A stretch of 64,000 bases of DNA from positions 2,267-66,266 of the IMG/VR virus record IMGVR_UViG_3300020170_000003. The stretch is one strand, 5' to 3'. Source of the DNA: a virus. Made by a program: the position numbers and the translations under genes. Position 1 is the stretch's first letter, and the number at the start of each line of letters is the position of its first letter. Below are positions 9,013 through 19,618 of this stretch, in pieces. A model generated the notes under the pieces. It did not search any database. It was given only the letters and a program-made list of their open reading frames with translations, and had not been told where the DNA came from.

Positions 9013-10551
9013 TTGTCATCTTCAGGCCCAAGATTTCCTACCATAGCATCAGGAAATTCCAGTAGCTTCGGTGCATCGATAGCATGGCTTAACCCTCAAA
9101 ACATTGAAGCGGCAGACGGTAACGTAGCGACGTGTTTACCAGGAGTTGCCATAACCGATGATCTAATCGGGCAAGGCTTCGGGTTCTCACTTCCTTCCAC
9201 GGCAATTATTGATGGCATACTGCTAGAGGTGAATGCAGCAGCAGTTGTTGGTGGAATAGAATCTTATGCGAACGTATTACTATTAAAAAACGGTTCAATC
9301 GCAGGATCAAATAGAGCTGCCGGTACCCTAGCCTCTTCTCTGACTACAAATAGCTTCGGGGGATCATCTGACAAGTGGGGAACTACGTGGCTATATTCCG
9401 ATATAAACGATATAAACTTCGGGGCACTTGTAAACTTTCAAAGTAGTGCAGGTGGGCCGGGAACTATTCAAGTTGATTTCTACCGAATAACAGTTTTCTT
9501 CCATAATGTGTTTAACGATAGCCTATCGTTTAGTTCCACTACCTCTATAGCCGATACCCCAGTCAACATAATGAATGCGGCTATTTCGATTTCTTCGACA
9601 TCTGGGTTAACGATTATAGAAACCCTTACCATGGCCGCATCTTTAAGTTTCCAGAACATAGCAGGATTCAGCGATTTAACGGCAGACATTCCCGGCCCAC
9701 CATTACTAGGGTTTTCCATAACTGCCGGAATGTCCATGTCCGCTTCGAACGCTATCCGTACTCAATTGTCAATGAGTATGACTGCCGGGATTGGCGGGGA
9801 TGGAGGAATAAGCGGATCGAGGGGAATGCAGTTTGGATTACAGGCTGGCGTATTTATGAACGCCACAATTGGGGGCAGACCGTTACTTACGGCTACGGAT
9901 TATACAAGTCTTGTAACCAGTGAGCATAACAAGCGACCAAATTTCATGGCGATGATCGCCCAAGATGTGCAGGGATATGTCGATACCATCAATCTTCTGA
10001 GAAGCTTTAGTACGTTATTTGATATAGACCAAGCGCGAGGCCAGCAGTTAGATATGATTGGGGTGTGGATAGGAATAAGCAGAAATATTCTTATCCCGCT
10101 ATCAGGGGTTTACTTTGCTTTCAATACTACTAGCCTTGGATTCAATCAAGGGACATGGTTCGGGATTGGGGATTCTACTTCAGGTGTAACTACGTTAAGT
10201 GATGGCGATTACCTGATTTTACTGAAGGCCAAAATTGCCTCAAACCACTGGAATGGAACGATACCGGGAGCCTATGCGATATGGGCGATAGTATTTCAGT
10301 TTCAAGGATTTATTCTATTGATTCAGGATGGCCAAGACATGACGATGGCAATAATCATAATTGGCACGGTAACTTCGGCTGTAACGCTATCGCTCATCAC
10401 GAATGGATACATTGCACTCAGGCCAGCGGGAGTCCAGATTAGTGGGTACTATCAAAATACAGTAGCTAATTTTCCTGTATTTGGGTTTGGGATAGAGAAT
10501 TCTACTATCGCTGGATTTAACGATGGCGCATGGGTTGCAAAAATAGGATAG
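9013..10551 (+). CDS. DUF2612-type baseplate wedge protein with ~290-aa N-terminal extension
   Basis: C-half TSEHNKRPNF...FDIDQARGQQLDMIG.WIG.SR...LLKAKI..NHWNGT; N-half is a lectin/jelly-roll-like domain; TTG start after AAGGA. Confidence 0.75.
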   Translation: MSSSGPRFPTIASGNSSSFGASIAWLNPQNIEAADGNVATCLPGVAITDDLIGQGFGFSLPSTAIIDGILLEVNAAAVVGGIESYANVLLLKNGSIAGSNRAAGTLASSLTTNSFGGSSDKWGTTWLYSDINDINFGALVNFQSSAGGPGTIQVDFYRITVFFHNVFNDSLSFSSTTSIADTPVNIMNAAISISSTSGLTIIETLTMAASLSFQNIAGFSDLTADIPGPPLLGFSITAGMSMSASNAIRTQLSMSMTAGIGGDGGISGSRGMQFGLQAGVFMNATIGGRPLLTATDYTSLVTSEHNKRPNFMAMIAQDVQGYVDTINLLRSFSTLFDIDQARGQQLDMIGVWIGISRNILIPLSGVYFAFNTTSLGFNQGTWFGIGDSTSGVTTLSDGDYLILLKAKIASNHWNGTIPGAYAIWAIVFQFQGFILLIQDGQDMTMAIIIIGTVTSAVTLSLITNGYIALRPAGVQISGYYQNTVANFPVFGFGIENSTIAGFNDGAWVAKIG

Positions 10552-10608
10552 CAATTACAAAAACATCAATGTTAGTATGACGGTGAGACTTTTGGAGAGT
10601 AGCTAGAG

Positions 10609-11184
10609 ATGGCCAACACGAATGATTTCTTAGCGTTTGCGATAGCTGGTGGGGCGAATGTGGACTCACAGGCAACCTATGCCGCTTCTGGTTACGTTGG
10701 GCCGGGATTTAATACAGGGACGGCATTCGCCAATCAGTTAAACAAAGTCTGGCGGCAGTCGTCCACATGGGCAAATGTACTAGGGTTATTTCTAAATCAG
10801 GCGCAATTGGACGCGCTGGACACTGGCACCCCAGCGACTCTACTAACAAGTCTCACTACGGCAGTTAAGGCAGCTTCAGGACAAACGGCCCAGGTAGTAG
10901 CATTTTCTGCTACTCCGATATTCGATTGCTCCAAGGGGCTAAAATTTGAAATCACCCTTACAGGAAATGTGACAAGTTCCACGCTCATCAATGTCCCTAA
11001 TGGAGTAACTATTGTATTAACCACCAAACAGGATGCTACAGGGAACAGAACATTCGTACCGCCTGCCGGAGTCCCATTGGATACGATTGATCCAGCGGCC
11101 AATTCCGTTAGTATCCAAAAATTCGAAATCAGTTCTACTGGCGTAATTCGCGTAGCCGGGCCAATGACGAGCAGCGCAGCATAA
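10609..11184 (+). CDS. Short tail-fibre base protein
   Basis: MA.TNDF.AFA...GANV.SQA.Y...NQLNKVWRQSS baseplate-attachment N-terminus. Confidence 0.7.
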   Translation: MANTNDFLAFAIAGGANVDSQATYAASGYVGPGFNTGTAFANQLNKVWRQSSTWANVLGLFLNQAQLDALDTGTPATLLTSLTTAVKAASGQTAQVVAFSATPIFDCSKGLKFEITLTGNVTSSTLINVPNGVTIVLTTKQDATGNRTFVPPAGVPLDTIDPAANSVSIQKFEISSTGVIRVAGPMTSSAA

Positions 11185-11198
11185 AAAGAGGGAGTTAG

Positions 11199-11774
11199 AT
11201 GTCCACAAAGTTACGTCAGGTAGCGTTAGTTAGTTCAACAATCGATAGTTCCCCTATTGGTGGAACTGCTCCCAGTACGGGGGCATTCAGTGGGCTTACT
11301 GGCAATATCAATATGCCAGCCGAAACACCACAGCAAGGGCCAGCGACGGCCATAGTAGGAACAGGAGCAGACGTAGCGCTGTTTACGTTCCCTGCATTAG
11401 CGGCTGGAAGAGTTCAGTCATCCAAGGGGATTAGGATCACGCTATCTACGCAGCATACGGTTGGTACGGCTTCGGTATCGTATAAGTTGAAGTTTGGCGC
11501 AACAGTGGTGGAGACGTTTAGCATTGTGCCATTCAGTAACGTTTTAACCGATGTCAACGTCTACAACTTTTTCAATAATGCTGGGGTTCAGAACGCTCAG
11601 AATTGGCTAAGGACTGGAATCGTAAATCAAGGTGCCGGAAATCAGGGAGCAACAGCAACCAGCGGAACGGCGGCTATAGATATGACGGCAACGCAGGTTA
11701 TCACGTTCACTTTCAATGTTGCCAGCACTGATCAGGTAAAACCAGTATTTGCAATGATCGAGCTAATACAGTAA
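11199..11774 (+). CDS. Putative tail-fibre distal/receptor-binding protein
   Basis: Beta-rich Thr/Ala composition, GGAG RBS, directly after the tail-fibre base. Confidence 0.4.
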   Translation: MSTKLRQVALVSSTIDSSPIGGTAPSTGAFSGLTGNINMPAETPQQGPATAIVGTGADVALFTFPALAAGRVQSSKGIRITLSTQHTVGTASVSYKLKFGATVVETFSIVPFSNVLTDVNVYNFFNNAGVQNAQNWLRTGIVNQGAGNQGATATSGTAAIDMTATQVITFTFNVASTDQVKPVFAMIELIQ

Positions 11775-11791
11775 ATTGCAGATAACAGTTT

Positions 11792-12163
11792 GTGTTTAGA
11801 GTATCAAGGGAAAAGGTAACGCCAACGGCAACAGAAAGTCAGGATATGCTGCATGGACTATGGAATGCTATCAGGGATAATGCTGATAAGATATTCGACA
11901 ATGTTTTGGGTTTATGCAGGGATGCGTTTATTCTTGTGCTTGGCATTCATTATCGGCATCATATGGCTAAGCGCAACGATGAATCAAAGGATTCACAAAG
12001 GCGCCATCAAGAAGCAGAGGACGCGATTCGAGAGCTTCAAAAATGGATGGATTCCGAGCATGACGGAGAACATGCCCGAAGTGCGGCGGCGGGGAAAGAC
12101 AACGGTGTGGATATCAAGCCTGACATTGATACTAGGCATCGGAATAGGGTACGCAAGCCGTGA
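11792..12163 (+). CDS. Hypothetical, possible holin-like protein (true start may be ATG 11846)
   Basis: One hydrophobic segment (LGLCRDAFILVLGI) plus charged tail; upstream of the endolysin. Confidence 0.35.
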   Translation: MFRVSREKVTPTATESQDMLHGLWNAIRDNADKIFDNVLGLCRDAFILVLGIHYRHHMAKRNDESKDSQRRHQEAEDAIRELQKWMDSEHDGEHARSAAAGKDNGVDIKPDIDTRHRNRVRKP

Positions 12164-12425
12164 CCATCAACTCGTAAAAAACACGCATACATATTTGGAT
12201 GTTTTAGTGATAGAGCGTTATTCCGCTGATAAGTATTTACTCAAGCCAGCGCGAATGCAGCCGTGGATTTCGAAAACATGTGAGCCTGTAGATTTATCGA
12301 CTGGCCACACCATGAAGTTTTACACGTTTGAACAAATGACGGATTGCCATAGGGTAAAGTCATTTGAATTCTATGCCAACACTAAAGGAGAGAGAATAAA
12401 TGCTTCAACAATACAGATGCGGTGA
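12060..12425 (+). CDS. Membrane-anchored hypothetical protein
   Basis: ATG 12060 in frame with track ORF 11853; RRRGK then TM VWISSLTLILGIGIGYA. Confidence 0.4.
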   Translation: MTENMPEVRRRGKTTVWISSLTLILGIGIGYASRDHQLVKNTHTYLDVLVIERYSADKYLLKPARMQPWISKTCEPVDLSTGHTMKFYTFEQMTDCHRVKSFEFYANTKGERINASTIQMR

Positions 12426-12565
12426 TCGCCCGCCACCCCAGCCGGGATGGAAAGAAGATGAAAAACCCAGCAAGCCTGAGTATCCAGAGAAACCAGAAGA
12501 CGAAAGGGAAACTCCAGAGCAAGAACAATAGTCTCACTGCAAGACTTTTAGGGGAAAAAGAAAAC

Positions 12566-13057
12566 ATGACCCCAAACGAATTCCTTTTGGCAGCTTTTCA
12601 GGCGGCAATTTCAGCGAAGCACATTTTCCCTGAGTATGCGGCTTGTGAAGCTGCGCTTGAGAGCGCGTGGGGAAAGAGTCAGCTTGCGATTAAAGCTCAG
12701 AATCTTTTTGGAAGAAAACAAAGTCACCCTCCAGTATTTGACACGCTTGATATGCCAACGCATGAATACGTTCACGGGGAGATGGTTCCAGTAATGGCTC
12801 ATTGGGTTAAGTATCCAGATTGGGCATCGTGCTTTGATGATCGCATGGCTCTATTACGTCGATTGAGCGTAGTGACAAATGAAGATGGTTCTTTAAAGTT
12901 TCCCGAATATCTTGACGCGCTGAATTCACAAATCGGAGAATCGTTCGTAGTTAACGTATCAAAAAAATGGAGTACCGATCCATTGCGCGCAACGAAGGTT
13001 TTACAGATTTATGCAGCGCATAAAACAGTGTTTCCTGCCCTGTCTGCCACGTCCTAA
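12566..13057 (+). CDS. Endolysin, glucosaminidase (GH73/FlgJ-like)
   Basis: EAALESAWGKSQLA...NLFG.K...THEY..G...STDP...KV motifs; ATG 12566 with RBS after the dyad at 12530. Confidence 0.85.
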   Translation: MTPNEFLLAAFQAAISAKHIFPEYAACEAALESAWGKSQLAIKAQNLFGRKQSHPPVFDTLDMPTHEYVHGEMVPVMAHWVKYPDWASCFDDRMALLRRLSVVTNEDGSLKFPEYLDALNSQIGESFVVNVSKKWSTDPLRATKVLQIYAAHKTVFPALSATS

Positions 13058-13088
13058 AATGCCCTGTAATCGCCCATAAATGCCCGTC
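13058..13088 (+). repeat. Triple ~10-bp phased repeat upstream of promoter (copy 2 of 3)
   Basis: AATGCCCTGT AATCGCCCAT AAATGCCCGT; begins 107 bp before TTGACA. Confidence 0.6.
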
Positions 13089-13164
13089 ATGCTATCGCTG
13101 TATTCCTTGTCAGCCCTTCCCGTATCTGAGCCAAATCGAGCGTTTCTAGCGATAAAAATAACTC

Positions 13165-13193
13165 TTGACACTGGTTAACAAAATAACTATAGT
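13165..13193 (+). promoter_or_regulatory. Early sigma70-like promoter with operator in spacer
   Basis: TTGACA-17-TATAGT; GTTAACAAAATAAC at 13174-13187. Confidence 0.8.
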
Positions 13194-13232
13194 GTGCGCT
13201 GTACGGTAATCAACCGTAAAAAGGGAGAGCAA

Positions 13233-13981
13233 ATGACGCTTATGCAATTATCGCCCTTCGCCATTGAAAGAATGAACGCGGCGATCAAACGGGGAGCACA
13301 CCCGATTTACGCAGAGATGTGGGCAGCATGGCGCACATTGCAGGATAAGATTACTGGGCATCCCCAATACCGATATCCTGCTCCGTACTTACTTCTTAAC
13401 CTCGCTCAATTCAATCAACACCAAATGGGAATCTACAATGATTTGATGTGGAAAAACCGCAGCGCCCCCATACCACCCGCTGCAACTCTTTAACTGCCGG
13501 GGATGAAAATGGAGAGAAAAGGGAGAAAATAGCATGTCAATACTCAGCTACGCTCAGAAACTCAAGTCACAGGTAACTAATTTCTTCTGGCCGGAAGAGA
13601 CGAAATTTGAGCCGCTTATACCTAAACACATTTACGCTTTAGCCTTCGACAAGGCACCCATGAAATGCGCTAGTGTCAGGGTGAAAAGATCGAAGGCCAT
13701 TCGCACAATTCGTCGCCACAAAAGACAACAGAGGTATGCGATTTAGTCTCACGGTAAGACTTTTCCAAAACGGAGAAACTATGTTTCTTGCAAAGGCGTG
13801 GAATAATTATCCTAACTCTGAATTCCTGGTATCTCTAGTTGGAACTGGAGTTAGGATAATCCCATTAAACCACAAAGCAATAGCCATCATGCTTGTTGTG
13901 GACGATGAAGGCGAACCAGTTGACATGAGTTTCGAGCATGCTGCCATTATTATGTATGACGAAACCAGAGCGTTGAATTAG
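13233..13981 (+). other. Three small early hypothetical CDS (13233..13493, 13534..13746, 13736..13981)
   Basis: Contiguous ORFs, RBS-like purine runs before the first two; no recognisable family. Confidence 0.45.
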
Positions 13982-13982
13982 A

Positions 13983-14011
13983 TTGAAATGGTTATCATAA
14001 TAATGTAAAAT
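13983..14011 (+). promoter_or_regulatory. Early sigma70-like promoter with operator in spacer
   Basis: TTGAAA-17-TAAAAT; GTTATCATAATAAT at 13991-14004. Confidence 0.7.
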
Positions 14012-14020
14012 AGGGGAACC

Positions 14021-15718
14021 ATGACGAAACCTGAAGACATGACGAAAGAAGAATTGCAACAAAAGATAGCCGATATTGGGCGCTTTTTGACGGGCCCTTA
14101 CGTATCGCAGCCGGGGTACCTAAAGGGATGGGGCGTCGAATTAGAAGTGTACTCCGCAGAACTTCTCCGCCGTCTAGCCGAAGGCGAGCGTGGCACGATT
14201 GAAGTGCCGCATGAGCGTCTCTGCGGGAAAGAAAACCATCCCGATACGCCACACGTTTGCGATGAGCCGCAAGCCTTGACTGAACGAAGCAGGGCCGCTG
14301 GGTCAGGCTCTCCGCAAGGGGATTTGCTAGCCGCGCTAAAGGGCTATGAGCAATGGGAAGTTGATCTACTTAATTCATCTGAGGCGTGGCACAACGGTGG
14401 TAGAGACTTACCTGAGATCACGCAAGAGCTATGGGACAAACTGCTGGCCTTGCAAGCTATACGTAACGCATCTATCGCTAACTACGAATCGGGCGGCTCA
14501 GGGGAGCAGGGGCCGCGTCCGAATGCGCTTGAGTGGCTGAATGACTTCTTGGGTGTGCAGCCGCATGAAACGGTAGGCGCATCTGTCCGCTTCGTTACGA
14601 CAGAAAACAATGGTGCGTTCCTGCTGGGCAAGGATGACAAACGCTGGCGGCTATCTGAAGTCTTGGAAGCATACGCCGCGCAATCCTCTCTGGGGCCGCG
14701 TCCGGTCTGCCCGAAGTGCTCCGGAAATGATTTAACGATTTGGGTGCGAGGCAGCGACAACGCGGTTATTGTTCAATGCCCCTGCCATAAAACATCTGAC
14801 GATGGGATATGCAATAGCATTTCCGACTTCGCGCAATTCTTTGCTCCCTCTCAGGTCGTGAGCGAACTGGAAAAAGCCGTTGCTAAAGCTGCACGCTTGA
14901 TTCCCAGCGAAGAAGAGCCTGAAGAAAATGCGCCGTGGATGGTCGAAGCCGAGCCGGAACCAATGGGGCCGTTTTCACTTGTCGAGGCAATCACGGCAAT
15001 GATGGAACTGTTCGACCGAGAATTCAGTAAGGCCGATAAACGCGCTGAAGACCCCGGCGTGCTGGTGGATGTGGACGCCGACCCAGAGAAATTGATTGGT
15101 GACGTGCTTGATGGAATGTATTACCCGGTCGAAAGCGACAGAAAGTGGTACGACGAGCACAATGCCGCCGTGTCGAAACTTCTTGTAATTTTGCGCCGCG
15201 CCATACCTCAGCCCGTGGTGGATGTGGAGCGAGAGAAACGGATTCGAGAGATAAGGGAGCGCGAGAGCAAGGCTACCACAGGCCCATGGTGCTGGGATAA
15301 TCGCGGCGAAAAGTGCAACGACATTCAGATAGGAGTAGCTCTCGATGCAAATGATACCGCTCTTGAGGGCAGCATAAATAATTTTGAAGTTGATGAAGTT
15401 GATTACTGCGAGAGCATTGCCGGAGAAGTTAAATCGCCACTCGACGCTGATTTTATTGCCCACGCCAGAGCCGACATCCCATTTCTACTCGAGCAACTGG
15501 CCGTACCACAGAAGGGGGCGGAACCGTGCCCAGTTTGCCATTCGCCCCACCCCTGTCAACACTCGGAGCCAACGGTTCACGCTCTGATTACGTCCGTTCT
15601 GGAGTCTCGCGGGGCCGCACCAGTAGCCACGCCGGAGCCAGGCAGGCCGAGCCGAACAAAGCTACTCATGAAATTTTGGTCGGCAATGCATCTCGCCGGG
15701 TTTGCCAAAAACGCATGA
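14021..15718 (+). CDS. Mosaic multi-module protein with Ead/Ea22-like C-terminal module
   Basis: ATTGPW...DADFIAHARADIPFLLEQL motif; CPKC Zn module; Pro/Gly linkers. Confidence 0.5.
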   Translation: MTKPEDMTKEELQQKIADIGRFLTGPYVSQPGYLKGWGVELEVYSAELLRRLAEGERGTIEVPHERLCGKENHPDTPHVCDEPQALTERSRAAGSGSPQGDLLAALKGYEQWEVDLLNSSEAWHNGGRDLPEITQELWDKLLALQAIRNASIANYESGGSGEQGPRPNALEWLNDFLGVQPHETVGASVRFVTTENNGAFLLGKDDKRWRLSEVLEAYAAQSSLGPRPVCPKCSGNDLTIWVRGSDNAVIVQCPCHKTSDDGICNSISDFAQFFAPSQVVSELEKAVAKAARLIPSEEEPEENAPWMVEAEPEPMGPFSLVEAITAMMELFDREFSKADKRAEDPGVLVDVDADPEKLIGDVLDGMYYPVESDRKWYDEHNAAVSKLLVILRRAIPQPVVDVEREKRIREIRERESKATTGPWCWDNRGEKCNDIQIGVALDANDTALEGSINNFEVDEVDYCESIAGEVKSPLDADFIAHARADIPFLLEQLAVPQKGAEPCPVCHSPHPCQHSEPTVHALITSVLESRGAAPVATPEPGRPSRTKLLMKFWSAMHLAGFAKNA

Positions 15719-15772
15719 GGCGAAAAGGATTCAGCGAGAGCTGAAAATTAGAAGAAGAAAAGAGAAGAAGAA

Positions 15773-18700
15773 ATGTTCACAGTGAAACTTATCAGAGGCA
15801 ACGTCACGAAATTGGTGGCGGCAACCACAATTGTTATCTATCCCGCTGGCAAGCCAGAAGAAGCTAATGAGTCTCCTGCACCTCCAGTCGTTATGACGAA
15901 CAAGATGCGCGAAATATCGGTGGAAACATCTAGCGGGCAGAAGCAGGCTTTTTACATTGGGGACGACGCCAGCAGAGAGGCCGCGGGGATTCCAGTTCAA
16001 GAGCTTTGGGATCACGCTTTCATCGAAAACGCCAATGGGGCAACCACGGAGCGTGTCTATGCATACTGAACCGACTCCAGACGAAAGAGATAGAGTCTTC
16101 TCCCATTTCAATATTTGCACTTGGGAGTGCTCTTCCTGTGGCGAGAAGTATCTTTCCAGCATTGCCCCTTCGTTCTGTCCAAAGTGCGGAGTAAGCCATG
16201 ATGCAGGGCTTGACGGGGCGATTAAAGACGTACAGCGAGCCGGACAAATCATTGCAGCTGCTAGAGACGGCAACGGGCCTCCCGTTAATCCGCCGTCGAT
16301 GCTCTGGAGTGCATTGTGTAGCATGTGCGATCACTTAGACACTCTTCAGCGAGCTATTGCCGCTGGAGAGTATTCAGAAGCAAGTTAACCGTTCCGCCCC
16401 CGCTGAGTGTGACAGCGGGGCATATTTGAAAAGAGGAGAGGAACAACCATGACTCCCAAGCCCCAGAGCGTTTGTAAGTGCGGACAGCGCAGTAATCAAC
16501 ACTATGAGTTAACAGGCTGGTGTTATGTATGCCCATGCGAGAAATTCGAACCCGTGGCCGAACCCGCAGAGCCGAGCGTATCGCCAGTTACTAAACGCAT
16601 GATGGTCAAACCATATGGTGGCGAAGTACATGAAGAATGTCCTGATTGTCGTGGTGTGTGTTCAGAATACAAGAGCGCAGAGCCTACAGCAGAGCTTTGC
16701 GATAAACCGCAAATACCTGGGCCTGCTGATATTCCATGTGTTTTAGATAAAGGCCATTACGGATTCTGCCAGCCGGACTATGAACATCGCAGGAAAGTCG
16801 CCGCCCCGCAGCCAGTAGCCGGGCCATATGCGAACTGGAAGCCGGGAGATGCCGTTCCATCTCCAGCGGGTAAATATGCGCCAGCGCAGCCAGTAGCCGG
16901 AGAGGGGCCGCAGCCAGAGGAAGGAATAGATTTCGCTTGCGGCTGTTTTATTCGCTATTGGGTGCAGGATGGAGTTATCCGCTCGGGCTTGGCGTGCTGC
17001 GCTACGCATGAAAAGCCTAATCAGACATTGGCCAACCTGCTCAAGCATCGCCAGATTGAATTTACCCACAAGGCTGGCCTTGTAGAGATTGGGAATTGCT
17101 CTTGTAAAACTCCGATCATGCGCAAATGGTCTTTTGGTCAATGGAGCAGCTGGATTCACAACGACCCGCTAAAAGCTAACTATCAAAAACATTCATGTAG
17201 CGAAAGAGGCGCGAGTCCACATTCATCTACCGTCCCAACAGCCAATCCAATTCTAGGGAGCACGCGCTATGCAGAATGAAATTAAAGCCGAGGGAACGCC
17301 GAAGCTGGAAGAGGCGGCTAGACAATGCGCCGTATTAGTCGTCACCAAACCGCCGCTATCGAATGACTTGATCGTAAAGTTGTACGAGCAAAATGTGGCG
17401 AACATGACCGCAAGATTCTCCGACATTCTCCGCCCCTTCTTCCCCCCAGCCAGCACGCCGCGACCGTGTGTGATCCGTGGATGTAGAAATCTAGCGATGA
17501 TGGAAGGTTTCGCATGTCCAAGCCATACCGAACTGGACGCGGCTTGGAACGAAATTCATTGCTGCGATGATGTGAGATTAGATCAAGGCTTGGCTGTAGC
17601 TATTGGCGATTTACAGAAGGCTCGTGCCATCGCGGAACAGACCAAGGCTGGATTTTTAGCGGCTGCGCTCAAGCGGCTGTACGAAGAAACTGCCGAGTAT
17701 ATTCGCATCAACAATCTTGGCGACGTTCATCACAATCAGGCAATGAAAGATGCGCGTGACATTCTGGCTACCTCAGCCAGCACAGGAGAGGCGAACGGGT
17801 GGGAGCGTGGAACTTAACGAAAAGGAGATCACCACAATGAGTGAACACCAAACTACAGAATGTGGGCAGTCCGAACGAGACAAGAGACTGCTCGAAGGGC
17901 TTGAAAATCCAACAATCATCTACTACGGCCCTCATCCATGTGACCTATGCGACGATGGCTTTATCGTTCGCGGATCAGTGGAGCAGGGATTCGGCGATAT
18001 TCGGTTTGATTATCCCAACAAAAATGATTCCGTAATTTACCCCAACCGTAACTGGAAATGGCACCAATGTACGTTATTATCCGCAAGCGAGGTTATAGGT
18101 GACTAATCGTAGAGTTGCCGTTTCTGTTACGGATGCTCATATCGAGAGTGGTATTCGCGGCCATGCCGCCCGAGGTGCCTTAGCGCTGGCCTTACGAGAT
18201 GCGGGGTTCCGTGCTCCATTGGTGTTTCCAGCGTCCATTGAAGCGACAGTAATCGTGTTGGACGGGCAGCAAGTTGATGTTTCCAAGCTACCCCGTAAGG
18301 TAATTGATTTTGACTGTGACTTCGAAGAAGGAAAGCCAGTTAAGCCCTTTACGTTCGTATTGCGTATTGCAGCGGTCAGGCAAACAGCAGTTCGGCTAAA
18401 AGTGCAGAAGATAAAGCTAATTAACACGCCGAAGGCCAGAGAGCGAGTGCGCGATTGGTTACTTAAGCAATGCGACACCGCCCGTAATACTAGAAATGAT
18501 TTGCTACAAAACTGGTATTTCGATTGATGGTGGTTGTTGGCCCTTATGGATGTTCCGCAAATACACGCACCTGATTTTTGGTTGCTTAGGAAGGGAAAAA
18601 TGAGAGGCTACATGGGAGTAAGAGGACAGTTTGACGCTGGAGATGAAGATCTAGATATACAGACTGAGGAATGTGGTCAATTCACGGGCAAATCGCTCGA

Positions 18701-19025
18701 CGGTGCAGAATCGCATTGCAGGAAACCCAAAGGCCATGGAGGAAGCTGTAATCCGTTGCATGGCATGACATTCCTGGCCCCCACCAGCGTATTCCCAAGC
18801 GGAGCCGCCAAAAGAGGAGAGCAAATGACGTGTCGTAAATGTGGTTCGGCTGACATCCATACCAGTTTCCACGAAGATGAGTATGCCTGCCGCAACATCC
18901 TGCACTCTCAATATCGCTTTAATGGCGAACATCTTCACAGGTACTGTCGAGGTTGCCAGTATCAATGGTTTACTTCATGCGAGGATGCGGCCCAAGCGGA
19001 GCCGAAGGGAGAAAACGCGAAGTGA
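15773..19025 (+). other. Cluster of early hypothetical CDS (15773..16069, 16059..16388, 16449..17279, 17269..17817, ~17837..18106, 18099..18527, 18534..19025)
   Basis: Overlapping start/stop junctions; several CxxC-type Zn modules. Confidence 0.45.
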
Positions 19026-19582
19026 CGATGGAAGATCGTGGAATGCCATCAAGTGTAGATGTGGAGAGAGCGATACTTGGGGCTGTCCTTTTAGATAATT
19101 CCTGCTTCTGGCAGACGGAACGGTTATCGGCGTCTGATTTTTCCGTAGAAAGGCACCGAATAATATATGGCTCAATCTGCTCTTTATGGGGCGATGGAAA
19201 GCCGATTGACTTTGTAACTATTACGGAAGTCCTGACGCAAGACGACAAGCTAGAAAAAGCTGGCGGGGTTATTTATGTAACGTCTCTTACAGACGGACTC
19301 CCGCGAGTTAAGAATATCGAACAGTACGTCAAGATCGTGATGGAAAAGTCCCGGCGGAGGCAATTTATTACACTGACCGCCGCTGCACTGGAAGAAGCCT
19401 ACGGCAACTCAGGCCCGATAGAAGAGTTGATTACCAGGACGGAGCGAAATCTTTTAGACGTAGAAACGAATAAAAACTCAGAGCCGAAGCATATCAGCGA
19501 CATTATTCCCGAAGCTGACGCGCAGATAAAAGCCGACGAAAAGCAGCTGGCGAGGAGAAACATGGAAATCCCTCAAGAATGA
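19022..19582 (+). CDS. Stand-alone DnaB N-terminal domain protein (no ATPase domain)
   Basis: ERAILGAVLLDN...GKPIDFVT...SLTDGLPRVKNIEQYVKIV; ends before any RecA-like domain; GTG overlaps upstream stop. Confidence 0.8.
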   Translation: MTMEDRGMPSSVDVERAILGAVLLDNSCFWQTERLSASDFSVERHRIIYGSICSLWGDGKPIDFVTITEVLTQDDKLEKAGGVIYVTSLTDGLPRVKNIEQYVKIVMEKSRRRQFITLTAAALEEAYGNSGPIEELITRTERNLLDVETNKNSEPKHISDIIPEADAQIKADEKQLARRNMEIPQE

Positions 19583-19618
19583 AACTTTTGATATCGCAAA
19601 AAGGATGGGTCTAATCTA

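Noticed and set aside
12422-12565. Long N-terminal extension of the endolysin in the ORF track
   Set aside because: ATG 12566 has the RBS and starts the GH73 domain; the upstream region is better explained by a 43-aa ORF (12400..12531) ending in the dyad
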